From the NCBI RefSeq assembly GCF_964204645.1, contig NC_134034.1, positions 2,480,072 through 2,544,071 on the forward strand: 64,000 nt of DNA, written 5' to 3'. A program made the position numbers and the translations under genes. Source of the DNA: Tubulanus polymorphus (taxonomy: Eukaryota; Animalia; Nemertea). Shown here piece by piece: positions 25,901 to 38,145 of the stretch (position 1 is its first letter; each line of letters begins with the position of its first letter). Below the pieces are notes generated by a model. It worked only from the letters and a program-made list of their open reading frames with translations, ran no database searches and was not told where the DNA came from.

Positions 25901-26578
25901 CAACATCCTGAATGTGTTGATATCTAGTTTTCATAGAAATCATATCTTGAATATGCGCCAATGTGACAAGACTCAATAAAACCCGATAATTCAAGTACGC
26001 TGTCGGTTAGCCGTAAAAATCCCCTCGATAAAAATCCCATTTCTACCTACTTTGAATATAAATAAAAGTGAGACTTTAATATATATAAACTATAATAATC
26101 ACAACTGAGATATTTCCAAATACGATATTCACTAATTTCAAAATTTAGCTATTTAATTAGATATTTATTAGACTTTTGGTGAAGAGTCGAATGATCGATA
26201 CATCCACGATAAAATCTCAACAATTCCTCCTTGAAAATATTATTTCGCAATACGATCGATTTTGCTGAATCGCCTCTTTGGGTGTGATAAGAATCAAAAC
26301 ACTTAATGACGATAGTTACGAATATAAATGTTTGTCAAAATATATTTCATAAATCTAGCTTACCTCGCGGTAGGTAAAGTATACAATCATCCTCATTCTG
26401 TCATTCTGTTGCGAAATTCAACTCGAAATCTATAGGGTGATTTTCATCTCGATGGATATCTAACAGTGAGATCTTTACAAATATTCCAGAAACTTTGCCT
26501 CAAAGTACGAACATTTATCCATAACGTTTTAGCGTATTTTTTTATAGAATGAATGATACTATTTCATATATTTTTCAG

Positions 26579-27912
26579 ATGAAATTTCTGGTCGTAGCAA
26601 TATTTGTATATATAGGAATCCTGTATGCAAGTGATGTGCGTGGTGAAAAAACCGTGATCGGGAATAAAACTAAGAGTCATGACGATGCCGCCAGCGCGGT
26701 CAAGTGCCCGGTTGGATATGTCGTTACCCAATGCTGTTGTTCCAAACACGATGACTGCGACTCGAATATGGTGATAAACGGAAACACTTGCAAAGTGACG
26801 CTTGCCGCCAGAGGGGAAAGTCCGAAAAGATCGCCAGTCAAGGTAGGAGAACTATTAGAATTACCAATTACAGTCACCTTTCTCAAAACTGAAAATAGCT
26901 TCGATAATCCAGACGATAAAATCAGCAAATTGTCTAATATGCAGGGTGCTATTTGTCTGAGGGGGTACAGGGAATTTAGACAGCAGAATGCCTGAGAGGG
27001 TAAAGACAGCAGATTGTCTGAGGGGTGCAGGGTACAGACAGCAGGTTGTCTGAGGGGTGCAGGGTACAGACAGCAGGTTGTCTGAGGGGGATACAGGATA
27101 CAGGCAGTAGATTGGGGTTGCTACAGACAGCAGATTGTCTGAGGGGGTACAGGGTATAGACAGCAGATTGTCTAAATTGGATGCGGGGAACAGACAGTAG
27201 ATTGTCAGAGGGGTTGCTACAGACAGCAGATTGTCTGAGGGGGTATAGGGTATAGACCGCAGATTGTCTGAGGGGATACAGGAAACAGACTGCAGATTGT
27301 CTGAGGGGATGCTACAGACAGCAGAACCGCGAGAGGGCAAAAACATTTCATGATGATATCAGTACGCGTTGATGTTTTTTCAGCCGATCGCAACCTGTGA
27401 ACATATTAGCGCCACCTGTGGAAATATGTATGCCTTTGTCACAACTAAGTCTGAGATATCACCGATTGCCACATGTACCGGGGGTCTGGTCGTCAGATCT
27501 TGCGGCTTGAAAAACCGGTGAGTATTCATACTATGTACAGCCTTTCCTCGCTCGATAGATTTTCACTTCAATTCGATCGGATTTTTTTCTTTTCCCCCCA
27601 TCCAACTAGGTGTCATATCAACGATGTGTTTATTGCGAGCATTCGGGTGCGTGGTGCCGCTCAAATTTCGCAGATGGCGCTAGTGCGCTCGTAGGATCTC
27701 GCGTTTTGAATTCTCTATAGATTTCGATGTAAAACTTTCGAATGTTTCATATTTTCAGATACTCGCATTCTTACACCTTGAGAATTATAGCGAAGCAATC
27801 CGGCCAATACCAGTGTACTACATCTGCCCCATGTGATCACAAATTAAGTGACGACACTACACCTGGTTGTCAGGTACAGGCGGTCTGTGTCGCTCCCCAA
27901 TTCATTAAGTAG
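26579..27912 (+). CDS. Small secreted Cys-rich protein 2, paralog of 17254-19866
   Basis: Exons 26579-26842 (MKFLVVAIFVYIGILYASDVRG...DDAASAVKCPVGYVVTQCCCSKHDDCDSNMVINGNTCKV...PVK), 27384-27517 (PIATCEHISATC...PIATCTGGLVVRSCGLKNR), 27759-27912 (YSHSY...QCTTSAPC...CQVQAVCVAPQFIK*). The two 3' introns match paralog 1 in position and phase. AATAAA near 27928. Confidence 0.85.
26950..27330. repeat. ~32-bp intronic minisatellite
   Basis: GACAGCAGATTGTCTGAGGGGGTACAGGGTACA-like units; explains ORF 26861-27346. Confidence 0.88.
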
Positions 27913-29675
27913 TTGTTGACGAGCCAAAATAAAATCTTTAACCATGAATATATTCGAAATATGATCTACATAAACGTATTAGCTTTTACTTTTTATTTAT
28001 CATCGATGAACGTTGAATTTGATGGTCGAATTTGATCAGCTTGCGGCATGTGATCAGTAGGCGGGATTCGAACCTGGATCGGTTGGAGGCTACCACAAAA
28101 CCTTGCGCATGGACCCAGTGTGCACGAAGATAAGAGCTTTCGTTACTAAAGCATAGTAGAAATCTCGTAATTATTAACTGGCAGAGAACGGGAATGAGTG
28201 AAATCAAACAAAAAAGCAACAATAATACTTGACAATAAACAACATAAATGATATATCTAATCATTTATTCATCGTTTCAATAAAGAAGTTTCAGTGAAAT
28301 GGCGGTGCGCAGTGGGAGACCCCTTTTGCGCGTAATCTCAAACTCAAGCGGGTACAGATCAGTCGTCAGGAAAGATATTCAAAAAAAATTTAACGCAGGC
28401 TTAAACTGCAAATAACCCTCTTTAACCTCTGTGAAAATTGGAAATAAAGCTTTAAGAGATACTTAGATATTTTAAAATTAATAAATATTGCGATTTCTTT
28501 TACGCACGGTCTATATATGCGGTCCTTGGTTTCACATCGTCACTGCTCTCAATTTTTGCGTTTAAAAATTCCAAGAATCGCCAGCAAATATCTGCATTTC
28601 ATTGCCTTTAAAATGGTGTATTAATTAAGTTAATCGAGCAAGGGGCTGCATAACTATATGATATTCAATCTAAACTTATGTTTTAAAAATGAGCGCAAAT
28701 TATCGCAACAATGGGGACCTCGAGGGACTGCCACAAAATGGCGCCTAGAAACTGGAAACTTCTGTATTCATACGAAAACAAACTAGGAAAGATGCACACA
28801 GGTTTAATGTACACAAGGAAATGAGATACAAAGAAATTGAGAGAAAAACACAAATAGTACAAGCTGCGCTGTGGAACCTCGCTAGTGCGATAGTGGGAAA
28901 AAGAGAATTATCTACTAACCGAATTACTATTTGATAAAAACGATTCCATATTAACAGACAACCCATAGGATAGTTCATTGCACCGTGGTCCGCGCCACCA
29001 CACAAAAGAGGCTCGGACGACGCATCGATGACGCGGATGAGTTCCTTAAAAAAAACAGTGGTAACTCATTGTGGACCGCCGGTGCACTGGAGGACTAACT
29101 TACGAGTGAATAATTTCGATATTATACATGTATATATATATATATATGCAGTTATAGAATAAAAGTTAGGTAAAGTTATTCAAATATTAACGTTAGTTGA
29201 AAGGGATTTATTCGAGCTCATGAAAGAGGACAGCATGGTAATAATGTAACGTCATACAAACGTTATTGGAACGTTTTTATCAAGCAGGTTGCAGAGAGTT
29301 ATCAAAAACGTTCTGCGAACCTTAAAAATCATTTACAAGAAAACGTTATACAAACGTTTCACGGACGTGAAACATTAACGTTAAAACGTCAGTGAAAAAC
29401 TTTTAGAAAACGTTGTTTATTTACTATACGAATGATTAGGATAGTCAACTTGGTAAACTTTTTTTAAACCTTTCCGTGGAGTTATCTTGTTTCAGGATTC
29501 GGTTACTTTCCTGAATGTAAACGTTGAAAATAAAAATCCGGCTGAAGTACTCCTGAAATAATAAGTGACTCATACAAAGGGTAATCGGTGCGCGTTACAT
29601 CAGTATGAAATAGTTATGAGCTGATTAGATAATAATTTAGAACGCTTCGACGGTAAAATTAAGTTATAATTTACA

Positions 29676-29786
29676 GGGTCCAGTTCCACAGTTCTGAGTT
29701 AAGATTTAACTCACGAGTTAACTCATTGAAAATGAACTAACTTTAACTCAGAGTTAACTCTATCTCACAACTGTGGAATTGGGTCC
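29676..29786. mobile_element. MITE, same family as 11205-11315
   Basis: GGGTCCAGTTCCACAGTT ... AACTGTGGAATTGGGTCC inverted termini with the shared core. Confidence 0.75.
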
Positions 29787-30181
29787 ATGTTTCACAAGTA
29801 ATTCCTCTGTAAACATTGCACTAATGTACAATGTCTAATACTTAAGGGCAGCTGGTTCCACGGGCAGATGCTGTAAATTGAAATTCCCTCTCACCTATTG
29901 CATTGAGATTGGCTTAACCAGACGACTAATGAGTATGTATCTTTTCCCGCTGGGGGCTGCATCGTTTTTTTTTCTACACTTCGCGCGGGCGGTGGGCTTT
30001 CAGCGACAGCGTGGTCAATTACTGGTAAATTGATTCAAGTTAATGTAACCAGCCTATCGAACGGAGATAAACATCGATAAGATAAGCGTATCCCATTATT
30101 GTTAGTTCGGCATGATCAGGCATTGATGTTATGACCCACACGCCACGCCGGACTGTCTAGCCAGCCCTGCTCACTTACAAG

Positions 30182-33100
30182 ATGGCCGAAAAAATATCAA
30201 CAACGACTGAAGCCGCCTTTGTCATTTTCACTTCGTTTATTCTTCTATCGCAGGTACGAATATCTTAATGAAATTTGTTTTAACTCCCATTCGTGGCATT
30301 CATGGCCTCGCCAGTGTCTCTCTGCGGGGTTTTTCTAAGTTGAAGTTTGAAGGTAAAATATTTTTTGCTACATCGGTCAAATAGATTATCAAGTATTCTA
30401 TCTATCTTCTTTTTTTCATTTTTTCATTTTTTTTAGACTGAAGAAGGGTGGTAGTAACCACCCGAAATATTTCTCATATGTTTTAAATAAACATTCTATC
30501 ATTTAATTCATTTATTGTGGGATTTTACTCGTATCGTTTCATCACGGATATCGTGATCTGCAATTGATTTATCCATCTTCTTTTTCATTTCTATTCAAGG
30601 GCGTTCCTTTGTGCCGTTCAACTCAATGTAAGTCGTCGCCATGTTAGCTTTTCCATTTTCAATCAAAACTGTAATAACAACTTGCGATAGGTGATTTTGA
30701 TGCATAAGTCGAACAGCAATAGGCTATATCTAATTTTTGCATCTGAGAATTAACAACGCTCAATTTTAGGTACCGACGATGATGGATCGGATCCCGAACA
30801 GATGGGCGGCGGGATCGAGGGTGATATGATACTAGAATCCGACCCAGACGATGGGGTAACTACGAAATAAAACAATGAGAGATTTCATCATCGCTGTATT
30901 TCAGAATTTTGTTTTTTTGAACGATTCAACGTAATGAAATCAATTTTGACAACGAAACGTATTAGACGTTATGTACACGACGTCACAGTGCACCCTACAG
31001 TGCCACCGTGGCTTCGATTTTTCCGACAATATCGAGAATCTGTTATTCTGACATTTCGGGTAGAATATCCATACCCATAATCAGAGAAACATTTCGTTTC
31101 ATTCTTTTTTCTTGTTCGTATTGATTGTCGGAATGAAAATGAAAAACTGTTCTATCCATATTTCAAGGATATATCAATTTCCGGAGTAGAAATTCAGTAT
31201 TTTGTTTTACTCAGTCATCTTAACTGGGCCATTTTCTAAAATAGAAAAATATAACAGGAAGGTATCTATTTTCAGGTTAACTTTTTTCTTATTTTCGCTA
31301 TTTTCAGTTTAGGAGCGCGATCAATATGAAAGGGGCTCTGTGGCCAAACGGGATCGTTCCGTATACCTTCAGCGCCAATAGTATTTTCCGTAAGTGACCA
31401 GAAACTTGAACCAGCTCCACTGTTAGGAATTTAGGTGGTACCCAAAACGTAGCGATAGACAAGATAGACCAGAAACAGAATTCAGTATTACAACAACGAT
31501 CATATTGGATCTTACAAATGCCTCCAGATTTATTCTCGCCCAGACATTGTGTCGTCGTGTCAGGCGAGCAGTTTCGCGGTCGTGGCTTATGTTCAGACCA
31601 GGTACTAAGACTAGCTTAGTTCTATAGCCAACCTAACGACTAAATAGCAATGCGGATTAAGGGCCGATATTAGTTCGATTTCAGTTGCGACTGTGAAACT
31701 TGGCTCGGTGTTATTTCTATGATACTAAACTGTGAATATATATCGAAACAGCTGAAGACCGTATGGCGAATATAACGACCGCTTTCGACAATTTCCACAA
31801 ACACACGTGCATACGATTCGTACCCAGAACCGACGAGGCGTCGTACATCAATTTCAAATTGGGCCGAGGGTAAGAATCTATCAATGATTCAATAAGGGAT
31901 CATTCATTATTTCGTACGCATAAGATTTGAATTTTTCAACCCCCCCTCCCCTCTGTACGCAAAATCGGGCTATTTTTTCGTATACATTAAGCATTACGGT
32001 ACGCAATTCAATGACCCCTACCCTCCCCTAATGCGTATGTTATAAATGAATGACCCCTAAAAGAAGAAAGCCATATTACCAAAAGCCAAAAACTAAGAGA
32101 GTAGGACGGTTAGACTGAATTCTATGAGCCATCTTCAAAACTGAGAGAGTGCGTTTAGACTCAATTCTGTGAGCCATTTTCAAAACTAAGAGAGTAGCGA
32201 CGTTTAGACTCAATTCTATGAGACATTTTCAAAAACTAAGAGAGTAGTGACGTTTAGACTCAATTCTGTGAGCCATTTTCAAAAACTGTTTTGAAAATGA
32301 CTCATTATTGGGTTGTTACGTATCCATAGGCATTCTATTGATATTTCTTCGTGATAGTGGATTTTACTTCGATAGTTTCCAGGGGTGCGCCGATTCGATG
32401 GTCAAAATTCACAAGACATGTTTAAAATAGATAGTCTTCTATATCATGATAGAAAGTCGGGCACCGAGTCCAGAAATTTTTCCTCGAGCGAAAATTCTTC
32501 GTTCAAGGTTTCGACTATGCCCGGATGTTAATATTTCAGATGCTCGTCGGCGGTCGGTATGACGCGGTCCGTTAGTCACAGGCGATACCGCGGCCAAAGC
32601 GTCATACTGGGTACCGGGTGCTACGTGGTCGGTAAGATTATGCACGAATTAATGCACGCACTGGGATTCTACCACGAACAGATGAGATGGGACCGAGATC
32701 AGTATATTAACATCAAAGAAGAAAATATCGCTCAAGGTAGGCGGCCTTTGGGAGAGTTTTCGATGTTCAGCTGGAATTTGCGCAATAAAGAGTGTTTTGA
32801 GTTCACTTTTTATACACGAGACATATTTTTGTAATCTCGGGTTTGTTTCTAGTAGGGCTGATGTGGCTAGTTAGAATCCACCAGGTGTCGCTCGTAGTTC
32901 CTCGGTTTTGCCCGCTTCGATTTCAATTCTTCTTCTACATTTGAAGTCGAATCGACAACGTTTCACTTCATACAAATTATCAATGCAAAAACTGAGGACA
33001 GAAAAAGTGTATATTGGCAATGATCATAATGATAATTGCTTAATTCAGCCCAAAATCCATATGAAATGAAAGTAAAACAATTTAAATAAAAATCTTTACC

Positions 33101-36100
33101 GAGCTTTTATGATCAACAAATGGGTTTTGAGATATATCTTTTTAAGACTCTAATGAAAATATAATCATCGTTATAATTTAACACCTAATTCTATGGTCGC
33201 TGTTCCTTTGCTTCAGCAACCTCAGCTTTAAAACTGAGTTAAAAACTCTTTAGGCGATATCTTAATCAATTTTAATGATCTTTTTAAAACTGAGTTAAAA
33301 ACTCTTTAGGCGATATCTTAATCAATTTTAATGATCTTTTTAAAACCGAGTTAAAAACTCTTTAGGCGATATCTTAATCAATTTTAATGATCTTTTTAAA
33401 ACTGAGTTTAAAACTCTTTAGGCGATATCTTAATCAATTTTAATGATCTTTTTTTAAAACTGAGTTTAAAACTCTTTAGGCAATATCTTAATCAATTTTA
33501 ATGATCTTTTTAAAACTGAGTTAAAAACTCTTTAGGCAATATCTTATCAATTTTTAATGATCTTTAAATCTCATACCCCTATAGATTTTTAAACCGCGAT
33601 GAAATGTATACGCAGCGTGGTATATAAGAAATAAAAAATGATAATACCATTACTATTATGTACTATCAGTATTGTGCTGCAATGAAGTGTGAGTGTCAAC
33701 TAGGTGTCGCTAGCAGTCATCCGGTCTCTCACACTTCAATTCCTTCTACATTTATTTTTGAGAAAACTAACTTGTGAAAAATACTATTTTCTTGCATTTT
33801 ACAGGGAAAATGGGCAACTTCAGATTGTATACTGCCGATCGTTCTAGGACCGATTTGAACGCCCCCTACGACTACGGCTCCATAATGCACTATCCTCGGG
33901 TGTCGTTTCCGGCGGATAACGGCCTGGAAACTCTGATCCCGAAAGTTCCGGGGGTCGAAATCGGTCAGCGAGTCGCCCTGTCCCCGGTGGACATATACAA
34001 GATCAACAAACTTTACCAGTGTGCTGACAAACAAGGTAAATGAACAATCCTCGTTTACCGGGGAAAACTGCGGTTTACGCGGTGAGTCGACTTCACAAGT
34101 GTCGGCCATCTTGGAATTAACTCAGAACTACATTGAAAATGTTCATTTCTATAGTTTGGACTAACTGGCGTCATTCGGTTTCGCTTACGTAGTTCGCAAA
34201 TAGTCGACAAACTACGAAAACCCTAATCCGTCTCCAGGTTTCTATCCTGGCCTCGAAAACTAGGTCAGAATCCCCTCACTTGCCAGTGCTTGCACCGATC
34301 TCGGGCCGATGAAACAAACCCTCCATCGAGGCGCATCTTGACCTTTATTTCGATATTGTTCTGTTTTTCTCTTTCCAGATGAACTTCCGAATACGTATTT
34401 CACGACCCCGGCGCCATCCGAACCAGAAAAATCAAGTAAGTCGGTGATGATGAGAATTTATGGTCATGTAATTATGGTTATGAGAATTGCTAGAGCTTTA
34501 CGGAAATGGGGAATCTCGGACGTTATACTCTGGCAATCGAGGGTTCCACTTATGGCATGCAAGGATCCGCCCTTATGTGTCCCTTACAGATACTGGGTCT
34601 TCCGCGTTCAATTTTTAGAATTTCAAAACATATCAAAGTAACATATTAACAATAGTAGTAAGAAAATACTAATCTAGTTCATGAATGTCTTAACAGAGGG
34701 GGAACCTCCAAACCGCCAATGGCGAAGTTCACTAAGTTGCGGGCAGACATCTTCCAAATGGTAGCAATATGGCTGATGCTTTAATTTCGATTTGCTATGA
34801 TTTTCTTTTACTAAATCTCATGCCTCCTTTTAAACATTCGCTTTAAAACCTATGCTAAAAACCTACCCACGGTTATCTGGGACCAGAGAATCGTCACATC
34901 AACATCAGAAACCCCCCCCCCCAATAACCGTGATGTATTCTCCAAAAAACCTCAAACCAACGTATATAGTTATCTGCATGTAGATTATATTTTTTCCAGT
35001 CGATGCTACTGAACGCGTAGTCGAAGACGGTTTGTTTTACTGCTCGTTCGATTTGGGATACGCCTGCGGTTTCAGGGACGATTTGCGGTCGAATTTCGAC
35101 TGGAAATTGACAACCAAAAATACCCTCACCAACAACACCGGACCTACCGATGACGTCAAAGGATACGGTACGTACGTGACCTCCTGGACCACGTTGCGGC
35201 GTTAAAACTTTACGCCGAGTTAACTCATTGAGAATGGACTAATTATCACTCAGGGTCAACTGTCTTAGTCACAACCTAGACACTAGAATATGGAAAATTG
35301 AAATTTAAAATTAGGCCATTTTAATAGCTTGATTTATGGGAACCCGCCTCCCGAAATTTGAAAAAAAGTCAATTAAAAAAATGTTTTTAAATTTTCATTC
35401 CCGTATGTGGAAAAACGAACAAAAAAATAGTTTTCACCTACGCCGTATGAGAATCCTGCCTGAATGATGAAAAAAATTGAAAAACGCAAGGTTCTTTTTT
35501 TATCACAGTATGCAGAATTCCAACTTTCCAAGAATCATTTGTTTAGACATATTGCCCTATCGACTGTTCCCTCTTCCTTCAAAAAGCGATTTTATCTTGC
35601 TGAGGGAATTTCTTTTTTTTTCATTTCCTCCACCGAAGTGATATTTTAATAGGTCTCTACCCCGTAAACCAAACTATCAAAAAGGCTTTATGTATACATT
35701 AAAACAACAGGTGGGTACATGTACACGGAAGCGACTCTGCGAAAAGATGGTGACGTGGCTAAACTGGTGTCACCCATGTTCCAGTCGGCACCAGAGGGCG
35801 CCTGCGTACGGTTTTATTACCACATGTTCGGCAGAGACATCGGCACGTTGAGAGTTTACATAAAACAGCGCGACGGCTCCGCTAAGGATATCATGGTTAA
35901 AACTGGCGAACAGGGAAATAAGTGGGTTAAATTCAACGAGATGGTTTACACCGATGAACCATTCGAGGTAGGTTTCGATGAAGTAGCGCGATACCGTTAC
36001 TGCAGCAAGCGAGGGGTCTCCGGGACATCAAAATCGGATATTTTCCTGTTTAATTCAAAATTCGATCCACCGCCATCCTGGGCAACTCATTTACGAAAAT

Positions 36101-36493
36101 CAAAATCGTAGATGAGTTATGATATAACATGACATGAATTGAATTTTTTTTTCAAATTTCTAAAGCGATGTCCCCAGGACACCCCCATACTTTGTTCAAT
36201 AACTAACTGACTTTGGTTAACGTAAATTGGATTGAATTCAAAGCTGATTTTTAGTTACACCAGCTAGTATTTTTGTTTTCGTTCATTAGCCCCCCCCCCC
36301 CCCCATTACTCTTTATACAAACTCGATATACAATAACCTGCATTTATTTTAATGGTTTGTGTATTGTGTATTCCAGTTGATTTTCGAAGGTAAAATGCAC
36401 GACCCGAACTACTCTATGATCGGTTTAGGCGACATGGCTATAGATGAAGTCACTCTTATACCAAAGAAAGAAATGGGTCAAATTCGATGCTGA
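30182..36493 (+). CDS. Secreted astacin (M12A) zinc metalloprotease with a C-terminal MAM domain (meprin-like domain pair)
   Basis: 11 in-phase exons: 30182-30253, 30600-30627, 30770-30855 (propeptide IEGDM), 31308-31389 (LWPNGIVPY), 31752-31869 (TCIRFVPRT), 32540-32736 ([19 protein letters not shown]), 33805-34035 (YDYGSIMHY Met-turn), 34379-34435 (Pro/Thr linker), 35000-35167 (CSFD..CGF..FDW), 35711-35967 ([20 protein letters not shown]), 36377-36493 (GDMAIDEV). AATAAA overlaps the stop. Confidence 0.93.
31896..32057. mobile_element. PIF/Harbinger-type MITE in an astacin intron
   Basis: TIRs GGGATCATTCATT / AATGAATGACCCC with TAA on both sides as target-site duplication. Confidence 0.8.
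32088..32290. repeat. ~58-bp tandem repeat
   Basis: AAAACTAAGAGAGTAG..GTTTAGACTCAATTCTGTGAGCCATTTTC, about 4 copies. Confidence 0.8.
33228..33570. repeat. ~57-bp AT-rich tandem repeat, 6 copies
   Basis: TTAAAACTGAGTTAAAAACTCTTTAGGCGATATCTTAATCAATTTTAATGATCTTTT repeated. Confidence 0.92.
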
Positions 36494-36629
36494 ATAAACA
36501 AAGATTTATTTACCTCAAGTTTCACATCGAGTTTTAATTTTTTTTTTCGACGTAGAGATAACGCAGGTTTCAATCTGCGGTCTTGAGCCACCCCTTCAGG
36601 CGTTGATCAATCTAGTGAATTTCGTGAAA

Positions 36630-37575
36630 CTTTTTGAAAGTGTGCTGAATAAGTGTCTAATAACTGGTGTTTCAAGTTCATTTTCAAATACAAATGTCTC
36701 AGGTGAAGCACTGAACACATGTGAAGTGTGGACGATCAGTTTTTGAAAGCCTGCTGATAAAATGTCTAATATCTGGTGTTTGTAGTTCATTTTCAATTAA
36801 AAATGTCTCAGGTGAAGTTCTGAACGCATGTGAAGTGTGGATGATCGGTTTTTTAAGAGTGCCGATGAAATGTCCAATGTCTGGTGTTTGTAGTTCATTT
36901 TCAAATAAAAAGGTCTCCGCTGACGTACTGAACATATCTGTGGTGTGAAAGGTCAGTTTTTGAAAATGTTCTCGTTCAATGTTTACTGCCTGGTTTTTCA
37001 AGTTCATTTTCAATTAGAAATGTCTCAGGTGAAGTACTGAAATCGTGTGAAGTGTGGACGATCAGTGATGAAAATCTGCCGATGAAATGTCTGGTGTTGG
37101 AAGTATATTTGCAATTGAATATGTCTCAGGTGAAGCACTGAACACATGTGAAGTGTGGATGATCAGTTTTTGAAAGTGTACTGAATAAATGTCTAATATC
37201 TGGTGTTTGTAGTTCATTTTCAATTAGAAATGTCTCAGGTGAAGCACTGAACACATATGAAGTTTGGACGATCAGTGATTAAAATCTGCCGATAAAATGT
37301 CTAATGTCTGGCGTTTGAAGTACATTTGCAATTGAAAATGTCTCAGGTGAAGTACTGAACACATATGAAGTGTGGATGATCATTTTTCTGAAAGTTGCCG
37401 ATACAATGTCTTATGTATGGTGTTTGTGGTTTAATTCTTGGATGAACAATGTCACAGATGAAGTCCTTAACAACTGAGGTGTGGAAGATCAAGTTTTTGA
37501 AAATGTGCTGATAAAATTTCTAATGCCTGGTCTTTCTAAGTTCTTTTTCAATTCGAAATGTCTTAGTTGAGCATT
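36630..37575 (-). repeat. ~109-bp satellite, same family as 3550-4880, opposite orientation and more diverged
   Basis: ATGTCTCAGGTGAAGCACTGAACACATGTGAAGTGTGGACGATCAG is the reverse complement of the 3.6-4.9 kb unit. Confidence 0.9.
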
Positions 37576-38145
37576 AACTGTAGTCTACAATCCTATTTCA
37601 CAAATCCTTCGAATGCATCGAGACAAAAATTCTAGACTAAAACTTAAAACTAGCAACAACGAGTCATATATAACAATGCTCAGGAAGAAAAATTCAATAC
37701 ACATTTTACGCACTAAAATATATTAAATATATATGAATATATTTCAAAGCTAAAGTTTCTATAGTGATGTCTATAACATCCCGCATCACAAAAAGCCAAT
37801 TTGCGTTTGGGTGAATAAAACTAAATTAACTTAGCGAGCAAAGCGCGTTTGCGACGTTCACGAATGCCTCCGGTATCACGGGCAAAGTCGTTTGAAGAAA
37901 AGTTCACGGCAAGTTTAGAAACTTCGATACGTCGCTGCTATTTCCGTGCGGATGACAATGCTCGGCAATTACGAGTAACAATAAAAGCTTTTTCGACAAA
38001 AGACATTCTATGCAGCTACAGAATAACGATAAATTAAATTAGCAAGTCGCGACTAGGATCAGGCTAAAAGACAAATAGGAAGGAAACACGTATTTCTATA
38101 GAATAGTCGCAGTTGACGTTTGTTGTTTGATGCGAGTTGTTCGAC

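Noticed and set aside
22988-25990. Coding-like minus-strand fragments between the Cys-rich paralogs
   Set aside because: Many stops and no recognisable motif; probably decayed elements, and I cannot assign them.
28055-28120. tRNA or SINE on the minus strand (GGTTCGAATCC); similar B box near 9225
   Set aside because: B box only; no convincing A box or cloverleaf.
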